Positions 58,944 to 64,000 of a stretch of 64,000 nucleotides of DNA are shown here, piece after piece. Every line of letters begins with the position of its first letter. The stretch's first letter is position 1. The stretch comes from a bacterium (lineage in GTDB: Bacteria > Zhuqueibacterota > Zhuqueibacteria > Oceanimicrobiales > Oceanimicrobiaceae). Below the pieces are notes generated by a model. The model was not told the DNA's origin, did not search any database, and saw only the letters and a list, made by a program, of their open reading frames with translations. The position numbers and the translations under genes are program-made. The DNA lies in assembly GCA_046758365.1 (NCBI GenBank), contig JBHIAC010000003.1, positions 18,019-82,018 of the forward strand, written 5' to 3'.

Positions 58944-59097
58944 ACCTAAATTGAGCGATTTTACCTTGAATTGTTTCCTAAACGAGTTTCGGCAAGATCA
59001 GTGTTGGGTGTTCACACTTTAGCGTGATGTCCCCCCCTATACAAGCTGAAGCTTGAACACCGTCCGCTCCCCCAATATAAAATCGCTCAATTCAGAT
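58944..59097. mobile_element. second MITE-like element carrying a REP-like doublet
   Basis: About 20-bp imperfect inverted ends ACCTAAATTGAGCGATTTTA / TAAAATCGCTCAATTCAGAT flanked by TAG on both sides; internal GGTGTTCACACTTTAGCGTG...CAAGCTGAAGCTTGAACACC. Confidence 0.6.
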
Positions 59098-60215
59098 TAG
59101 AGATATTTCTAGATTTTTTAAAATATTGAATTATATTGATGACATAGGTGAGAAAATGTAGGAAGCTAAAAATTTTAAGTTGTAAAGGACGTCCTATATA
59201 ATGTAAAAATACTTTCCCTCCACTGCGGTTCAATCACTGATTTTTACACTTCCTGAAGATAGTAAAATTTTGATTAAGATGCCAAATGAATGAAAAAGAC
59301 CCAGGAGCAACCGCTGTTCTGAATTTCTTTATGGCTGAACCGATTCGGCCAATTTTGTAATACTCAGTTTGGAAAAGACATATTATTTGTTCTCATTGGT
59401 CTTATCACTTTTCCTATATTCTGGATTTGAGGGGATGCTTATAAATCGGCTAATAAAATTAATGCCAAATTAAACCAACAGGCTTAAAGTAAAAAAGGTT
59501 CCGGACTATCTCATAATGTCTGGTTAGTATGTTGAAGCAGCTTCGAGGAAATAAAAATAATAATAAATTTTACTTGACTTTTTATAAATTCGAAATATAT
59601 TGATAATATAGAAATTATTGGAAAAGTAAATGCCAATACTCAATAACAATTTTTGGGATAGATTAAATTAAAAAGTATAACTTTAGTTAAAGGGTTACAT
59701 TCTTTTGTTTTCCACATGAACCTTTATATTTTCATTTTAGAACTAACTTAAAAATTTAGAGGAGGATTTTTAATGTTTAATTTATTTTTCTAAATAGAAC
59801 TTTGTTAGCTTTTCGTCCTCTCTGCCCCCTAGATTAGGTATTTACAAATTCGAAATATCCAAATACTTCAGCTATGAGCTAGCTTGCAATTTTTCCTAAA
59901 GCTAAAAGGAAGGAGATCTTAACCCTCTTTCGACTAATCTGATGTAGTTCATATTTCAGTTTGTTGTGTCAGTCAGTTGCTATTGTTTAATCCTCACATC
60001 ATTCATAAGATTTCTGATCCTTACTTACTAATTATTTAGGCTGTTAATTTAAAACTCATTGTTAACTTTGTTAACAAATTGGATTCTCGGAGTTTAGATA
60101 TTTGAGATATTGGAGTGCAAAAAATATCTAAATAAAAATCAAAGATGTACAAAATGGAGACATGACAATCACGGAAAGTCATAGTAACCTCTACAACCAA
60201 AAAGGAGGTTTTAAA

Positions 60216-63200
60216 ATGTTGAAAGGAAAATCAATTGCATTTATGATATTATTTTTTACTTTCTTTTCATTTCAAATCATTAAAGCGCAATCCTTTGATC
60301 CAGAAAATATCACTTCCGATGAGGAATTCCAGAATGTGAATTCCATGACTTTAGCTGACATACAAACTTTTCTTGAATCCAGAAATGGCGGATTAAAAGA
60401 TCAAAATCTATGGCAGCAGTACCACTTCTCTTATCCTGAATATTCGTATTTTTACAACTATGTTTTGGCCAATGGAAAATTGGGTAGAGAATGTTCTCCT
60501 TCTGAAATAATATATTATTCAGCAACGGATGATCAAGATCCCAATTATCCTTTCCCAAATCATGTGAATCCGAAGGTTTTAATTGCTATGCTGCAAAAGG
60601 AGCAATCCTTGATTGATGACCCTAGTAAGACCACCCAATCCATATTAGACAAAGCGGCAGGTTATAGTCTAGGTGATCCTAAATATAAAGGCTTTTTCAA
60701 TCAGGTTATCAGCATGGCTTTTGAGTTGACCAAGGACTTTAATGCTCGGCAGCCTGGAGTCCAACCACCCATGCAAGTTAATAGTGTCAGTGGGATTGTG
60801 ACGATTACTCCGCAGAATCGGGCAACGGCGGTGCTGTATGAGTATAATCCGAGTATTGAAGGGAATAAGAACTTCTGGGAAATCTATTGCTTATATTCTG
60901 CATATACAGGAGACATAAGCAGTAGAATGAATTCTTCTATGAATGGTGTATCCTATTTTAGCCAACTTGATAATAGATGGAGTTCAGATACTATGGTTTC
61001 CTCTTCTTATACGATCGGTTCGTCGGGCTGCACTATGACATGTGTTGCAATGGTATTTAATTATTATGGTGTCCACGCAGTACAATATACATTCAATGAT
61101 TATTTTACCAACGACACTAACCCAAAAGACTTAAATTGGTGGCTAAAAAATAATGGGGGCTATACTTCGGGAAATTATTTGGTCTGGCCAGTAACTGAAA
61201 ACTACTCTGATGTAGCCAGCAAAAGCGTAGATTACAGAGTTGATCTAGCACAAGACTGGTCGGGGGGTATAAATGCATCTGATTCTCAAACCTTAATAAA
61301 TGAGATTAACAATGGCCATCCCGTTATAGTTAAAGTGTATACTGGATTAAGTACTTATCCGTGGCATTGGGTACTTATCATAAACATCTCAGGGAGTAAT
61401 TTTTATATTAATGATCCTTATTGGTCTGATAGAACAACTTTAGATTATTAGGGCAACACAATTTATGCTGTACGAGTATATCATGGTACTGCACCAAGCC
61501 CTCTTGACGAAAAACTCGTCAAAGGATCAACCCCAGAAATATATTTTCTTAAAAATAATGTCTTGCATCATATAACAGATAGTGCATATTTAACTCCATT
61601 AGCTCAGCTTTATGGCCAGGTAATCCAATTAACCGATTCAGACATCAATCAATACCCGAAAGGCCCTAAAGTGGTGTCTGATGGTCTCATTTGTAAAGAA
61701 GAAACACCTGGAGAGATATACCTCATTCAAAATGTCAAAAAGAGACATTTTGTAGATGAACCATCCTTTACGAGCCGGGGTTACGAATTGAGTGGTGGTG
61801 ATCCTATTTCACCCACTTTTATTATTCTCAAAGATGGAATGCTTTCAAGTCCAGTATCTTTTCCCCAAGGAGTTGGTATTACCACTTCAGGTGCAACCGT
61901 CAACTGCCAACTGTATTTCGAGAAAAATGGCCAGCCAACTTCCACTTTCTACGTTGGAGATTGGAAGGACGCCTATTTTAATGTCATGGTGGGAGATGGT
62001 TATACTGTAGTTCCATATTTAAAGTTAACCGCCCCTGATGGTTCGACACATTGGGGATACTATTCCGGAAACAGAAATACTATCCCTGAATCTCCTGAAG
62101 ATTTTTCGGTTCAAGGTACAAAAACACCCCTTATTAACGGTTTCATGAATCTAAAGGTATTTAATTACCACTTCAATCATTATCAGCACAATTCACCAAG
62201 CAATGGGACCTGGACTTGGGAATTGTATTTGGAAGATGCCAATAAACTTAACAAGTCTGAGGCCGAGCGCAGACTTGCGTATGCTTCTGCGACGTACGAA
62301 GTTCTCGATCAGCCAACCAACGTTATAATCAGTGTCGATCCAAATTCGTGGAACTATGGGAGCTTTACCGTGGGACAGTCATTGGATAAAGTTTTCACAA
62401 TTACTAATTCAGCGAGTTCAACAGGAACATTGAATGTAACAGGACAAAGTCTAATTGGTACTAATGCAAGTGAGTTTTCCATAGTTAGTGGCGGAGGCAC
62501 TTTCAGCCTTGCTCCAGGTCAGTCTCACCAGACAACGGTGCGGTTTGCCCCAAGTACTGCTGGTTCAAAGACTGCCACATTAAGAATCACAAATAATTCA
62601 AACAATGCTCCCACAAAAGAAGTTCCGTTGAGTGGCACTGGTGTAGAGCTTGCCCCTGTACTCTCAGTGACTCCCACCATACTAAATTTTGGCACCTCAA
62701 CAACTCAGATGTCTTTCAATATTTCCAACTCAGGCGGTGGAACTTTGAGTTGGAATGTTTCTAAGGCGGCAACTTGGATTACATCAGTGAGTCCGAGCAG
62801 TGGTATGAACAGTGGGACAGTGACAGTGACGGTGAGCCGTAGCGGTCTTCAACCTGGGAATTATCAAGGAACTGTTTCTGTGTCTTCGAATGGAGGTAAT
62901 CAGGACGTGACTGTGAGCATGGATGTATCTGGTGCAGGAAATGTTATCTTTGCCGACGATTTTAACCGATCAACCATAGGAAGTAATTGGCAGATTGAGC
63001 CTGCAAATGAAAGTGTTTCCATTGTTGGCTATCCTCCAGATGGTAAGCTTCAATTGTACAATCCAGACGCTTCTGGAACGCATACATATGCTTGGATAGT
63101 TGCCACGGGAACTACTCTAAAAGATGTTATTCTTACTTTTGATTTTGATAATGGTCCTGAACAAAGGCAGAATAATGCAACGTCCATCTATCTTAGATAC

Positions 63201-64000
63201 ATTGATGCAGGCAACCACTACAGAATAGATATTTCTGAGGATAATTATCAAGCTCCAAGTAGACAAAAAGTTTTTCTATACAAGACCGTGGCGGGGATAG
63301 GTTATCTCTTAGAGCAGCGAGATGCACAATTATTGGAGCCCGGACGATATGAGTTTAGTGCTGTTGGCAATCAAGTAACTTTTAAAAATATAAGCGGAGG
63401 CACAAACATTAATATTCAAGTTACGGACAATGTTGTCAATTGGTCAGGTAAAGTAGGTTTTAAGGTTAATTAAGAAACTACTATCTTTGATAACGTTGAG
63501 TTAAAAGAAAGCGCCTTGGCAGAGACGGTTTCTACTCCTAACACACCCAGTGGTCCCTCCAGCGGCAAGAAGGAGCAGAGCCTTTCCTTCAGCACGGGCG
63601 GCTCAAGCAGCAATCTGGGGCACTCGGTGGAGTATCAGTTTGATTGGGGCGATGGGACCCAATCGGGTTGGGGTTCTTCCGCTGGGAATCATACTTATCA
63701 CAGCACGGGCACCTTTCAGGTGAAGGCCCGGGCCCGGTGTCAGACGCACACCAGTGTTGTTTCAGGGTGGTCAGGAACGAAGTCGGTGTCTATTTCTCTG
63801 GTGAGTTTGAGCATCACGGTGAATCCTTCGGGTTCTGGCACGGTAAGCAAGAGCCCGAACAAGTCTGGCTATGACTACAATGAAAATGTCCAGCTTACGG
63901 CTAATCCTTCTTCCGGTTGGCAGTTCGACCATTGGAGTGGAGACTTGAGTGGCAGTCAGAACCCCACGACCATCACCATGAACGGGGATAAAAGTGTCAC
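60216..64000 (+). pseudogene. large secreted multidomain protein (lysozyme-like, C39-like peptidase, Ig-like, BACON, ConA-like, PKD, InlB-B-type repeat) with two in-frame stops; continues past the window
   Basis: AGGAGG + signal peptide; one continuous frame through TAG 61449-61451 and TAA 63471-63473; LQKEQSL, SQLD..W/GC..T..AMV/HWVL/INDP, YQFDWGDG, GWQFDHWSGD. Confidence 0.8.

Noticed and set aside
59100..60160. Hidden gene, riboswitch or sigma54 promoter in the 1-kb gap
   Set aside because: No convincing ORF with a start; minus-strand TGGCA sites near 59465 and 59633 lack the -12 GC; no RNA motif recognised
14830..63473. Genome-wide stop-codon reassignment or pyrrolysine use, suggested by four in-frame stops
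   Set aside because: Two are TAG and two TAA, all in accessory genes, while conserved genes end normally at TAG (3374, 24295), TAA and TGA; pseudogenisation or sequencing error is simpler
63644..63874. Separate 76-aa ORF
   Set aside because: Out-of-frame shadow; the PKD-coding frame continues from the upstream gene

Overview
AT-rich bacterial window; gene content suggests an FCB-group lineage such as KSB1/Calditrichota (inference only). Left part (1-14 kb): Gfo/Idh/MocA oxidoreductase, sigma54 activator, a divergent sigma-factor-like gene with a zinc-finger partner, two Asp-less REC-DUF4388 proteins with pseudo-GTPase domains, cystathionine beta-synthase/gamma-lyase, tsaC and a low-MW phosphatase. 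14-17.7 kb: a decaying toxin-antitoxin islet between two tRNA-Val(TAC) copies, one with its T-arm replaced by a CCCGA..TCGGG palindrome. 17.7-26.7 kb (minus strand): HD-GYP/histidine kinase genes and an RsbW-STAS-MlaEFD-PqiC-lytic transglycosylase run. The main feature (27.3-58.9 kb) is a co-directional type IV pilus-like cluster (pilin, pilC, pilB, pilT, pilMN- and pilOP-like fusions, pilQ, minor pilins). Its pilins have no canonical leader, and it is bracketed by two paralogous Ser/Thr kinase / FHA-FG-GAP / TPR / cyclase-like pseudokinase modules, preceded by a sigma54 promoter. The right end is a large secreted cell-wall-hydrolase-like gene broken by two in-frame stops. MITE- and REP-like palindromes are frequent between genes. 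All calls come from reading motifs by eye; no searches were run.
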